Source of the DNA: a candidate division FCPU426 bacterium | GTDB lineage: Bacteria > Oederibacteriota > PGYV01 > Palsa-1178 | Assembly (NCBI GenBank): GCA_963840035.1 | Contig: CAWIXE010000002.1 | Location: 1 to 64,000 of the forward strand | Reading direction: 5' to 3' | Length of the DNA stretch: 64,000 bases | Notes under the pieces: generated by a model | Told to the model about the DNA's origin: nothing | Seen by the model: only the letters and a program-made list of their open reading frames with translations | Databases searched by the model: none | Shown here: positions 1 through 14,200 of the stretch, piece after piece | Layout: every line of letters starts with the position of its first letter | Numbering within the stretch: position 1 is the stretch's first letter | Program-made: the position numbers and the translations under genes

Positions 1-3000
1 GCAAGCCTGGTAGCGGACAGCATAACAGCGTCGCCGTCGGAGATAACGGTAGGGCAGCAGATACAGGTGGTAATGCAGGTAAGCAACATAGGTACAGCGA
101 ACGCGGAGATGGTGCTGCCTGTAACGCCGACAGCGTCGGGAGCAGTGGTGGTGACATCAGCGTCGCCTGTGACAATAACAGGCGGGACAAGCGCGAGCTT
201 CACATGGGTATATAACACGACAACGACGGGCGCAAAGACATTCTCGACATACGCGGCTGGAGTGGACGCGAATTCAAGGATAGCAAAGAGCACAATAGGA
301 ATAATAAGCAGCGCTGTAACGGTACAGAGCGCGCCGGTATTGGCTGCGGTAATAGGGGCAGTACCTTCGACGGTAAAGCAGTAGTGGACAATATAACGGT
401 AGTGTTAAATGTGACAAACAGCGGAGAGGCGCAGGCGAAACGGTAGTGCCGGGCTCGCGTATAACGTAAGCGGCGCGAGTTGCGAATTATGTAAGCGGAC
501 CGACGCCGGTGAGCGCGCCATGGCAGGCGGGGCAAACGAAAACTACACATGGGTATATATGGGGACAGGAATAGGGAACTTAAACTTCAGCGCGAACGTA
601 ACCGGAGGATACACACGGCGGCGGAGCGGCGACAGACTCAAACGCGATAATGGAAATGTGGTATCAAACGTGCCGATACTGGCAGCTGCCATATCAACAA
701 TACCAAACGCGGTAAGTTTAAATCAGAACTTCACTGTAATAATGACAGTAACAAATACAGGATTGGTAGACGCGGCGAATGTAACGGCGGCGGATTTAGG
801 AGTAGGCGCGCTTGGAACGGAAGCGGTAAAGCAGGGAATAGTAACGCCGGCGTCGCAGGCGATAAACGCAGGGCAGCACGGGTACTTCACATGGATATAT
901 AAGGCGAACACGACGGGCGTGATAACGTTAACAAGCACAGCCAGCTCGACAACAGGGCCTGTGACATCGAACATAGCGACGGGAACAGTGACGTCGTATA
1001 CGCTGCCTGACTTAAGCGTGGCGCATATGGATATTATAGGGCCGGTAACATATTCGGTAGGGCAGAGCGTAACGGTAATAATGACGGTAAGCAATATAGG
1101 CCAGACGACGGCAATAAACACAGCGGCGAACATGGAATTAACGAGGCTTGGAACAACAGCAGTGACATTATTAAGCGGACCGGTACCTGCATCAGCGACG
1201 ATAGTTGGAAGCGGCGGAGTGGCGGTATTCACATTCACATACAGGGCGGACACGGCCGGGACATTAGGGTTTAACGGAAACGCGACTGGATATGACGTAA
1301 GGACAGGAATCGCGTACAACTCGGGATTAGACAGCACGGATATGGTAACAGTGGTAATGCCTGCGACATTGACATCGGCAATAAGCGTAGTTGGGACAGG
1401 CAAGCATAATATCAACCAGGTAATAACAGTGATAATGACAGTGACAAACAGCGGGACAGCAGCTGCGAACAATGTAAACGGAAACGCGATGTATAAGACG
1501 TCAGGGTCGACAGGCGGAGTAATCCCGCAGACAGTGGCGTCGGTAGTTGGAACGATAGGAAGCGGAGCAAGCGCGTCATTTACATGGACGTATTTGGCGG
1601 TAGGAAACGGGAACGTAACGTTCAGCGGAAACGCGTCGGGAACAGACGCGAACTCTAGCGCGGTAGTATCGTCGCCGATGACGTTATCGACAACAGAACT
1701 CATACAGTCAGCGGCAGTGTTAACAGGAAGCCTGACAGCGGTGAACACATATGTGGGAACCGGGGCGTATATAACGGTGGTAATGAACGTGAACAACACA
1801 GGGGAAGCGACAGCCAACGCGGTAACGCCGGACCCTGTAGGAATATCTGATTTAACGAGGGTAACGCTGGTATCAGGAACGCCTGCGTCAGTAACGCTGG
1901 CCGGAGCGACATCGGGGCAGTTCACATGGGTATACCAGGCAGTGGCGCAGACAGCGGGAATAGTATTTACGACAACAGCGAGAGGAACAGACGCGAACAA
2001 CGCAGCGGCGATAAATACGGGATCAAAGACAACGGCGTCGGTGCAGATATATAATTCAGCGAGCGTAAATCTGACATCAATAGTGATAACGCCTGCGGGA
2101 ACGATATCGACAGGCCAAAATTATACAGTGGTAATGGCAGTAGCCAATAACGGATTGGGAACAGCGATAAATGTAGCGCCAAGCGCAGCTGCAGTAGTTG
2201 GAGCGGGATCTACAATAATAAGCGGACCGCTGCCGGCCGGAGGCCAGACAATAAACGCAGCCGGGACGCAGAACTTCACATGGGTATACAGGGCGGACGC
2301 GGCAGGAACGGTATCATATAATTCATCAGTAGTGGGAACAGACCAGGCGAGTTCGACAGCGCTCTCGGCAGGGCCGGCAACATCCAACAGCATAACAGTA
2401 GTAGGAGCGGCAAGCCTGGTAGCGGACAGCATAACAGCGTCGCCGTCGGAGATAACGGTAGGGCAGCAGATACAGGTGGTAATGCAGGTAAGCAACATAG
2501 GTACAGCGAACGCAGAGATGGTGCTGCCTGTAACGCCGACAGCGGCGGGAGCTGTAGTAGTGACATCAGCGTCGCCTGTGACAATAACAGGCGGGACAAG
2601 CGCGAGCTTCACATGGGTATATAACACGACAACGACGGGCGCAAAGACATTCTCGACATACGCGGCTGGAGTGGACGCGAATTCAAGGATAGCAAAGAGC
2701 ACGGTTGGAATAATAAGCAGCGCTGTGACGGTACAGAGCGCGCCGGTATTGGCTGCGGTAATAGGGGCAGTACCTTCGACGGTAAAGCAGATAGTGGACG
2801 ATATAACGGTAGTGTTGAATGTGACAAACAGCGGAGAGGCGCAGGCGAACACGGTAGTGCCGGTGCTCTCGGCGTATAACGTAAGCGGCGCGACGGTTGC
2901 GAATTATGTAAGCGGACCGACGCCGGTGAGCGCGCCATTGGCAGGCGGGGCGAATGTAAACTACACATGGGTATATAGAGGAACAGGAATAGGGCAGTTA

Positions 3001-6000
3001 GGATTCAGCGCGAACGTAACCGGAGCTGACATACACACGGCGGCGGTAGCGGCGGCAGATTCAAACGCGATAGTGGAGAATGTTGTGTCAAACGCGCCGA
3101 TACTGACAGCGGGCTTATCGACGATGCCAAACGCGGTAAGTTTAAACCAGAACTTCACAGTGATAATGACAGTGACAAACATAGGATTGGTAGACGCGGC
3201 GAATGTAACGGCGGCGGATTTAGGAGTAGGCGCGCTTGGAACGGAAGCGGTAAAGCAGGGAATAGTAACGCCGGCGTCGCAGGCGATAAACGCAGGGCAG
3301 CACGGGTACTTCACATGGATATATAAGGCGAACACGACGGGCGTGATAACGTTAACAAGCACAGCCAGTTCGACAACAGGGCCTGTGACATCGAACATAG
3401 CGACGGGAACAGTGACGTCGTATACGCTGCCTGACTTAAGCGTGGCGCATATGGATATTATAGGGCCGGTAACATATTCGGTAGGCCAGAGCGTAACGGT
3501 AATAATGACGGTAAGCAACATAGGCCAGACGACGGCAATAAACACAGCGGCGAACATGGAATTAACGAGGCTTGGAACAACAGCGGTGACATTATTAAGC
3601 GGACCGGTACCTGCATCAGCGACGATAGTTGGAAGCGGCGGAGTGGCGGTATTCACATTCACATACAGGGCGGACACGGCCGGGACATTAGGGTTTAACG
3701 GAAACGCGACTGGATATGACGTAAGGACAGGAATCGCGTACAACTCGGGATTAGACAGCACGGATATGGTAACAGTGGTAATGCCTGCGACATTGACATC
3801 GGCAATAAGCGTAGTTGGGACAGGCAAGCATAATATCAACCAGGTAATAACAGTGATAATGACAGTGACAAACAGCGGGACAGCAGCTGCGAACAATGTA
3901 AACGGAAACGCGATGTATAAGACGTCAGGGTCGACAGGCGGAGTAATCCCGCAGACAGTGGCGTCGGTAGTTGGAACGATAGGAAGCGGAGCAAGCGCGT
4001 CATTTACATGGACGTATTTGGCGGTAGGAAACGGGAACGTAACGTTCAGCGGAAACGCGTCGGGAACAGACGCGAACTCTAGCGCGGTAGTATCGTCGCC
4101 GATGACGTTATCGACAACAGAACTCATACAGTCAGCGGCAGTGTTAACAGGAAGCCTGACAGCGGTGAACACATATGTGGGAACCGGGGCGTATATAACG
4201 GTGGTAATGAACGTGAACAACACAGGGGAAGCGACAGCCAACGCGGTAACGCCGGACCCTGTAGGAATATCTGATTTAACGAGGGTAACGCTGGTATCAG
4301 GAACGCCTGCGTCAGTAACGCTGGCCGGAGCGACATCGGGGCAGTTCACATGGGTATACCAGGCAGTGGCGCAGACAGCGGGAATAGTATTTACGACAAC
4401 AGCGAGAGGAACAGACGCGAACAACGCAGCGGCGATAAATACGGGATCAAAGACAACGGCGTCGGTGCAGATATATAATTCAGCGAGCGTAAATCTGACA
4501 TCAATAGTGATAACGCCTGCGGGAACGATATCGACAGGCCAAAATTATACAGTGGTAATGGCAGTAGCCAATAACGGATTGGGAACAGCGATAAATGTAG
4601 CGCCAAGCGCAGCTGCAGTAGTTGGAGCGGGATCTACAATAATAAGCGGACCGCTGCCGGCCGGAGGCCAGACAATAAACGCAGCCGGGACGCAGAACTT
4701 CACATGGGTATACAGGGCGGACGCGGCAGGAACGGTATCATATAATTCATCAGTAGTGGGAACAGACCAGGCGAGTTCGACAGCGCTCTCGGCAGGGCCG
4801 GCAACATCCAACAGCATAACAGTAGTAGGAGCGGCAAGCCTGGTAGCGGACAGCATAACAGCGTCGCCGTCGGAGATAACGGTAGGGCAGCAGATACAGG
4901 TGGTAATGCAGGTAAGCAACATAGGTACAGCGAACGCAGAGATGGTGCTGCCTGTAACGCCGACAGCGGCGGGAGCTGTAGTAGTGACATCAGCGTCGCC
5001 TGTGACAATAACAGGCGGGACAAGCGCGAGCTTCACATGGGTATATAACACGACAACGACGGGCGCAAAGACATTCTCGACATACGCGGCTGGAGTGGAC
5101 GCGAATTCAAGGATAGCAAAGAGCACGGTTGGAATAATAAGCAGCGCTGTGACGGTACAGAGCGCGCCGGTATTGGCTGCGGTAATAGGGGCAGTACCTT
5201 CGACGGTAAAGCAGATAGTGGACGATATAACGGTAGTGTTGAATGTGACAAACAGCGGAGAGGCGCAGGCGAACACGGTAGTGCCGGTGCTCTCGGCGTA
5301 TAACGTAAGCGGCGCGACGGTTGCGAATTATGTAAGCGGACCGACGCCGGTGAGCGCGCCATTGGCAGGCGGGGCGAATGTAAACTACACATGGGTATAT
5401 AGAGGAACAGGAATAGGGCAGTTAGGATTCAGCGCGAACGTAACCGGAGCTGACATACACACGGCGGCGGTAGCGGCGGCAGATTCAAACGCGATAGTGG
5501 AGAATGTTGTGTCAAACGCGCCGATACTGACAGCGGGCTTATCGACGATGCCAAACGCGGTAAGTTTAAACCAGAACTTCACAGTGATAATGACAGTGAC
5601 AAACATAGGATTGGTAGACGCGGCGAATGTAACGGCGTTTGATTTAGGAGTAGGCGCGCTTGGAACGGAAGCGGTAAAGCAGGGAATAGTAACGCCGGCG
5701 TCGCAGGCGATAAACGCAGGGCAGCACGGGTACTTCACATGGATATATAAGGCGAACACGACGGGCGTGATAACGTTAACAAGCACAGCCAGCTCGACAA
5801 CAGGGCCTGTGACATCGAACATAGCGACGGGAACAGTGACGTCGTATACGCTGCCTGACTTAAGCGTGGCGCATATGGATATTATAGGGCCGGTAACATA
5901 TTCGGTAGGCCAGAGCGTAACGGTAATAATGACGGTAAGCAACATAGGCCAGACGACGGCAATAAACACAGCGGCGAACATGGAATTAACGAGGCTTGGA

Positions 6001-8297
6001 ACAACAGCGGTGACATTATTAAGCGGGCCGGTACCTGCATCAGCGACGATAGTTGGAAGCGGCGGAGTGGCGGTATTCACGTTCACATACAGGGCGGACA
6101 CGGCCGGGACATTAGGGTTCAACGGAAACGCGACTGGATATGACGTAAGGACAGGAATCGCGTACAACTCGGGATTAGACAGTACGGATATGGTAACAGT
6201 GGTAATGCCTGCGACATTGACATCGGCAATAAGCGTGGTTGGGACAGGCAAGCATAATATCAACCAGGTAATAACAGTGATAATGACAGTGACAAACAGC
6301 GGGACAGCAGCTGCGAACAATGTAAACGGAAACGCGATGTATAAGACGTCAGGGTCGACAGGCGGAGTAATCCCGCAGACAGCGGCGTCGGTAGTTGGAA
6401 CGATAGGAAGCGGAGCAAGCGCGTCATTTACATGGACGTATTTGGCGGTAGGAAACGGGAACGTAACGTTCAGCGGAAACGCGTCGGGAACAGACGCGAA
6501 CTCTAGCGCGGTAGTATCGTCGCCGATGACGTTATCGACAACAGAACTCATACAGTCAGCGGCAGTGTTAACAGGAAGCCTGAGTGCGGTGAACACATAT
6601 GTGGGAACCGGGGCGTATATAACGGTGGTAATGAACGTGAACAACACAGGGGAAGCGACAGCCAACGCGGTAACGCCGGACCCTGTAGGAATATCTGATT
6701 TAACGAGGGTAACGCTGGTATCAGGAACGCCTGCGTCAGTAACGCTGGCCGGAGCGACATCGGGGCAGTTCACATGGGTATACCAGGCAGTGGCGCAGAC
6801 AGCGGGAATAGTATTTACGACAACAGCGAGAGGAACAGACGCGAACAACGCAGCGGCGATAAATACGGGATCAAAGACAACGGCGTCGGTGCAGATATAT
6901 AATTCAGCGAGCGTAAATCTGACATCAATAGTGATAACGCCTGCGGGAACGATATCGACAGGCCAAAATTATACAGTGGTAATGGCAGTAGCCAATAACG
7001 GATTGGGAACAGCGATAAATGTAGCGCCAAGCGCAGCTGCAGTAGTTGGAGCTGCATCCACAATAATAAGCGGACCGCTGCCGGCCGGAGGCCAGACAAT
7101 AAACGCAGCCGGGACGCAGAACTTCACATGGGTATACAGGGCGGACGCGGCAGGAACGGTATCATATAATTCATCAGTAGTGGGAACAGACCAGGCGAGT
7201 TCGACAGCGCTCTCGGCAGGGCCGGCAACATCCAACAGCATAACAGTAGTAGGAGCGGCAAGCCTTGTGGCGGACAGCATAACAGCGACGCCGTCGGAGA
7301 TAACGGTAGGGCAGCAGATACAGGTGGTAATGCAGGTAAGCAACATAGGTACAGCGAACGCGGAGATGGTGCTGCCTGTAACGCCGACAGCGTCGGGAGC
7401 AGTGGTGGTGACATCAGCGTCGCCTGTGACAATAACAGGCGGGACAAGCGCGAGCTTCACATGGGTATATAACACGACAACGACGGGCGCAAAGACATTC
7501 TCGACATACGCGGTTGGAGTGGACGCGAATTCAAGGATAGCAAAGAGCACGGTTGGAATAATAAGCAGCGCTGTAACGGTACAGAGCGCGCCGGTATTGG
7601 CTGCGGTAATAGGGGCAGTACCTTCGACGGTAAAGCAGATAGTGGACGATATAACGGTAGTGTTAAATGTGACAAACAGCGGAGAGGCGCAGGCGAACAA
7701 TGTGGTACCGGTGCTCTCGGCGTATAACGTAAGCGGCGCGACGGTTGCGAATTATGTAAGCGGTCCGACGCCGGTGAGCGCGCCATTGGCAGGCGGGGCG
7801 AATGTAAACTACACATGGGTATATAGAGGAACAGGAATAGGGCAGTTAGGATTCAGCGCGAACGTAACCGGAGCTGACATACACACGGCGGCGGTAGCGG
7901 CGGCAGATTCAAACGCGATAGTGGAGAATGTTGTGTCAAACGCGCCGATACTGACAGCGGGCTTATCGACGATGCCAAACGCGGTAAGTTTAAACCAGAA
8001 CTTCACAGTGATAATGACAGTGACAAACATAGGATTGGTAGACGCGGCGAATGTAACGGCGTTTGATTTAGGAGTAGGAGCGCTTGGGACAGAGGCGATA
8101 AAGCAGGGAATAGTAACGCCGGCGACGCAGGCGATAAACGCAGGGCAGCACGGGTACTTCACATGGATATATAAGGCGAACACGACGGGCGTGATAACGT
8201 TAACAAGCACAGCCAGCTCGACAACAGGGCCTGTGACATCGAACATAGCGACGGGAACAGTGACGTCGTATACGCTGCCTGACTTAAGCGTGGCGCA
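1..8297 (+). repeat. Near-identical 2424-bp (808-aa, 7-module) tandem repeat; copies start at 1, 2410, 4834 and 7258 (last copy partial)
   Basis: GCAAGCCT(G/T)GT(A/G)GCGGACAGCATAACAGCG recurs at these positions; spacing is 2424 bp, except 2409 for the first copy, which carries deletions. Confidence 0.95.
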
Positions 8298-11200
8298 CCT
8301 GACATTTACTACAGCAGGGCCGTTCTCGGTAGGCCAGTCAGTGACGGTAGTAATGAGCGCAAGCAACACAGGAGCGACAGACGCAATAAACGCGGCGGTA
8401 AACGTGCCGTTAACAAGGCTTGGAACGTCGTCAGTAACGCTGCTCTCAGGGCCGGTGCCAGCTAGCGCGACAATAGCGGGATCAAACGGAGTGGCAAACT
8501 TCACATTCGTATACAGGGCAGACACAGCCGGAGACTTAGGGTTCAACGGAAACGTGACGGGATATGATGTAAGGACAGGGCTGCCGTACACAAGCGCGCT
8601 GATAAGCACTGCGTCGAATGTAACAGTGGTAATGCCTGCGACATTGACATCGGCAATAAGCATATTAGGAACAGGCAAGCATAATATAAGCCAGACGATA
8701 ACGGTAATAATGACGGTAACGAATACAGGGACAGCGGCGGCGCAGAATGTAAACGGGAACGCGGTATATATAACGAGCGGATCGACAGGCGGGGCAATAC
8801 AGCAGACGACGTCGTCGATAGTGGGAAGCATAGCAAGCGGAGCATCGGCATCATTCACATGGACATATTTAGCGGTAGGAAGCGGAAACGTGACGTTCAG
8901 TGTAAACGCGTCCGGAACAGACGCAAACTCTGGCGCGGTGGTATCATCGCCGATGACGTTGTCATCGACAGAGTTGATCCAGTCGGCCGCGTCGCTTACA
9001 GCGAGCATGGTATCGCTGAACACGAACGTTGGAACAGGCGCGAATATAACGGTAGTAATGAACGTAAACAACACAGGAGAGGCGACAGCGAACGCGGTAG
9101 CGCCGGACACTGTAGGAATATCTGATTTTGTAAAAGTAGGCTTAATAAGCGGCCCAGTGCCGGTGTCATTGACACTGACAAGCGGAATGGGCGGATCGTT
9201 CACATGGGTATACAGCGCGGTATCATCGACAGCTGCGCCGCTGTCGTTTACGACAACAGCGCGCGGAAAAGACGCGAACACAGGAGCGACAATAAACAGC
9301 GGAAGCAAGGACACGACAGCTTCACTTACGACGATATATAATTCAGCAAGCGTAAATGTATCGCCGATATCGATACTGCCTGCAGGGCCGATATCGACAG
9401 GCCAGAATTATACGGTGCTGTTAACGGTATCAAATAACGGACAGGGAATAGCGACGAATGTGGCGCCAAGCGGGGCAATACAAAACGGAGCGGCATCAAC
9501 GCTGATAAGCGGGCCGACGCCGGGCACATACGCGACATTAAACGCAGGAACAGCGAACACGTTCCAGTGGATATACAGGGCAGACGCTGCCGGAGTGGTA
9601 TCATTTAATGCGTCGGTTACAGGAACAGACCAGCTGAGCCTGACAGGGCTGACATCAGGGCCTGCGGTATCGAACAATGTCACAGTAGTAAACGCGGCAG
9701 CGCTTGCGATAAACAGCATCAGCGTAACGCCGGCAGAGATAACAGTGGGACAGCAGCTGACAATAGTGATGAACGTGGCAAACAACGGAACAGCGTCAGC
9801 GGACGCGGTACTGCCTGTAACGCCGACAGCGGCGGGAAGCGCAGTAGTGGGAATAGTAACGCCGGCGACGCCGCAGAATATAGGCGGAGGAGCGAATCAG
9901 GATTACACATGGATATTTGCCACAAGCGGAGCCGGGAATGAGACATTCTCAAGTTACGCGGTTGGGTATGACACATATTCAAAGATAACGAAGACGACAA
10001 CCGGAAGCGTAACAAGCGCGGCGGCGATCCAGACAGCGCCGGCATTCACGGCAGTAATAAGCGCGGTGCCTGCGACAGTAAGGCAGGTAATGGATAACAT
10101 AACGGTAGTGCTGAACGTGACAAACAACGGCCAGGCGCAGGCGACGAACGTAACGCCGGGAATAAACGCGTACACGGTAGCGGTAACGACGGCGAATCTG
10201 GTAAGCGCGCCAATACCTGCGAGCAAGACGATAGCAGGAGGAGCGACGGAATCATATACATGGATATATACAGGAAGCGGAGTAGGCACATTAGGATTCA
10301 GCGCGAACGTAACAGGAACAGACGCGCACACGGCAGGAGCGGTACCTGCGGTAAATTCGAACGCGGTGAACGTGAATGTGGTGGCGAATACGCCGTTGCT
10401 CTCGGCAGCGTTGTCAATGATGCCGAACGCAGTAAGTTTAAACCAGAACTTCACAGTGATAATGACAGTGACAAATACCGGGTTAGTGGACGCTGCGAAC
10501 GTAACGGCGGCTGACTTAGGAGTAGGGGCGCTTGGAACGGAAGCGATAAAGCAGGGCGTGGTAACGCCTGCGTCGCAGGCGATCAACTCGCTGCAGCACG
10601 GATACTTCACATGGATATATAAAGCGAACACGACAGGAGTGATAACGTTAACAGGCACTGCAAGTTCGACAACAGGGCCTGTGACATCGAACATAGCGAC
10701 GGGGACAGTGACGTCGTATACGCTGCCGAACCTGACCCGCACATATCTTGATATTATAGGACCTGTTACATATTCACAGGGGCAGTATGTTACTGTGGTA
10801 ATGACGGTTTCAAATACCGGCGAGACAACGCTGGCAAATACAGCTCCCAACGAACCGCTGACAAGGATGGGTATAGCAACCGCGACCCAGATAGGAAGCG
10901 TAGTACCGGCATCGGCAGCTATTTCCGGAAACGGAGGGGTTGCGTCGTTCACTTTTGTGTACAGGGCTGATACGACAGGCAGCCTTGGATTTAACGGAGG
11001 CGCGACCGGATATGACACAAGGACCGGAATTGGATATTCTTCGCCGCTTGTAAACTCAGCGCCGCCAATAAATGTAGTGGCGCCCGCGGCACTTGCTTCT
11101 GCCATAAGCGTTCTGGGAAGCGGATATCACAATGTCAATCAGATAATGACCGTCATCATGACGGTTACAAATACAGGCGCTACAGCCGCGAACAATGTAA

Positions 11201-14200
11201 ATGGTAACGCCATGTACATATTAAGCGGTTCTACAGGCGGCGTGATACAGCAGTCAACGCCTGCGATTGCGGGATCCATCGCAAGCGGAAGTTCGGCAAA
11301 CTTCACATGGACGTACCTGGCGGCAGGAACAGGGAATATTGTATTCAGCTCAAATGCCTCGGGAACTGACGTTAATTCAGGGTTCACAGTATCGTCCGCA
11401 ATGTCCAATTCGTCAATACAGCGCATACAGGCGCCGGCTAATCTGGCCGGTTCCATAGCGGTTTCCACGACATATCTCGGAACAGGCGCTAATATAACCT
11501 TAACTATGAATGTAACAAATACCGGAGTGGCAGGCGCTGCATCAGTGGTTCCTGACCCTGTTATAGTAACCAATGTATCAGGCGGAGCAGTAACACTTCT
11601 CACAGCGGCACCTGTGGCAACCGGCTTAGCCGGCGGTGATTCCGCGGTATTCACATGGGTTTACAGGACTGACTCGGCAGGAACACTCAACTTCAGAACC
11701 ACGGGCAGAGGCACGGATGTCAATGAGTTAACGCCAATAAATACCGGTCTGAAAATATCGGCTGATGTTGTGATATACGCTTCAGGAAGCGTAAACATCA
11801 GTTCAATAGCCATAACCCCGGCAGGAACCATATCGACAGGCCAGCAGTTTACAGTAATAATGTACGCAGCAAACAGCGGACAGGGTACGGCAATCAATGT
11901 TCAGCCTTCAGGGGATGTTCTTGTAGGTTCGTCAGCGACAAAAATAAGCGGGCCTGTTCCGGCAGTTGCCCCGAGCATAGCTTCGCTTGGATCACAGGAA
12001 TTTACATGGATATATACGGCAAACAGCGCCGGTTCAGTAGCGTTTAGTTCGTCAATAATTGGAACTGATTTTGCAAGTTTATCCCCGCTTGCGGCCGGCC
12101 CCGCGTTATCAAATGTCGTGCTTGTTGCAAATGCGGCAAATCTTACAGCTAATAGTATAGGTGTATTGCCTTCTGAAATAACAGCCGGCCAGCAGTTGAC
12201 GGTAATAATGAGTGTGGTCAATAGCGGAGACGTTACGGCTGAAATGGTTCTTGCTGTGACACCGACTGCAGCAGGCACAGCGGCTGGTTCGGTATCGCTT
12301 GTGTCATCCGCCGCTCCGGTCAACATACCCGGCGGGTCAAGCAATCAGGATTATACATGGATTTATAATACGACAGGGTCAGGAATTGTAACATTCTCAA
12401 GCCATGCAGTTGGATATGATTTCTACAGCAAGATAACAAAGACAACAACGGGAATAATAACATTGCCGGCCGCGATACAGACAGAACCTGCACTTACGGC
12501 AGTCTTAGGCGCTATCCCGTCAACAGTGCGGCAGGTCATGGATGATATTACAGTAGTAGTGAATGTCGCAAACGGCGGCGAGGCACAGGCTGTAAATGTT
12601 GCCGCTAGTATTTCCGCTTATAATACATCAGGCGCGACAGTAGCAAATTATGTAAGCGGACCTTCGCCTTTGACCATGCCTTTATCAGGCGGCTCAAATG
12701 GAAACTTTACATGGGTATACAGAGGAACAGGCGTTGGACAGCTGGGCTTTAGCGTGAATGTCAAGGGTGCTGACGTCCATACATCCACAGTATATGCTGT
12801 CAATTCAAATGCGGCAAATGTTGATGTCGTGTCCAATACGCCCATACTTGCGGCTGATTTAAGTTCAGCGCCGGCAACCATAAGCAATGGCCAGTATTTT
12901 ACTGTAATAATGACTGTCACTAATACAGGGCTTGTGGATGCTGCTGTTGTAACCGCGGCAGATCCGGGAATAAACCCGGCGGCTGGTTCAGCTACAAAAA
13001 TAGGGTCTGTACAGCCCGCTTCACAGGCAATTAACGCCGGGAACCACGGGTACTTCACCTGGATATACAGGGCAAACACAACAGGCGTGATAACGCTTAC
13101 AGGTTCAGCGGCTTCAACTACAGGCCCGGTTGTGTCAAACGCGCCGTCAACGACTGTAACCGCGCAGACAGTTCCGGATTTAACGCTCTCTCATTATAAT
13201 ATAACGGGGCCTGCCACATATTCGGTTGGCCAATATATCACCGCGGTAATGACGGTTTCAAATACCGGTGAGACAACAGCGGTTAATGTAACGCCAAACA
13301 TGCCTCAGACCAGGCTGGGTTCGGCATTAATAACGCTCATTGGAGCGCCTTCACCAGCGTCAGCGACCTTACCCGGAAGCGGCGGAGTCGCCACATTTAC
13401 ATTCGTGTACAGGGCTGATACGGACGGCACCATCGGGTTTAACGGAAATGTGACGGGATCCGACATCAGGACAGGACTGCCGTACAGCTCCACATTAAAG
13501 AGCACTCAGTCAGTGACCGTGATAACACCTGCGGCACTTACATCATCCATAAGTGTAATCGGAACCGGAAGGCATAATATGAGCCAGACAGTGACTGTTG
13601 TAATGACGGTTACAAATACCGGAGCTTCAGTTGCCAATAACGTCAACGGCAACGCTCTTTATACAACCGCGGCTTCAACCGGCGGGGCCATACAGCTGAC
13701 AACACCTGCGCTTGCGGGTTCTATCGCAAGCGGAGCGTCAGCTTCATTCACATGGGAATATCTGGCTGCAGGAACCGGCAGCGTAATATTCAGCGGAAAC
13801 GCGTCGGGTGTGGACGCGCTTTCAGGATTCCCGGCTGTTTCAGCCATGTCATTGTCGCAGGCGCAGCTCATACAGTCGCCTGCCGCATTAAGCGCTTCAA
13901 TTTCAGTCTCGCCGGCATTTGTCGGGACGGGCGCGGCTGTTACTGTAGCCATGAATATAAAAAACACCGGCGAAGCAGGCGCCTTAAATGTGCTGCCTGA
14001 TGCCGTTATAGTAACTAATGTTTCGGGCGGGTCTGTAACCCTTGTGTCGGCTGCGCCGGTATCAGTAACCTTAACAGGCGGCGCGTCCACTGTCTTTACA
14101 TGGATATACAGCGCTGATTCAGCGGGCACCCTGAACTTCAGGACCACGGGCAGGGCCAATGACGCCAATGAAGCAACGGCAATAAACTCAGGGCTTAAGA

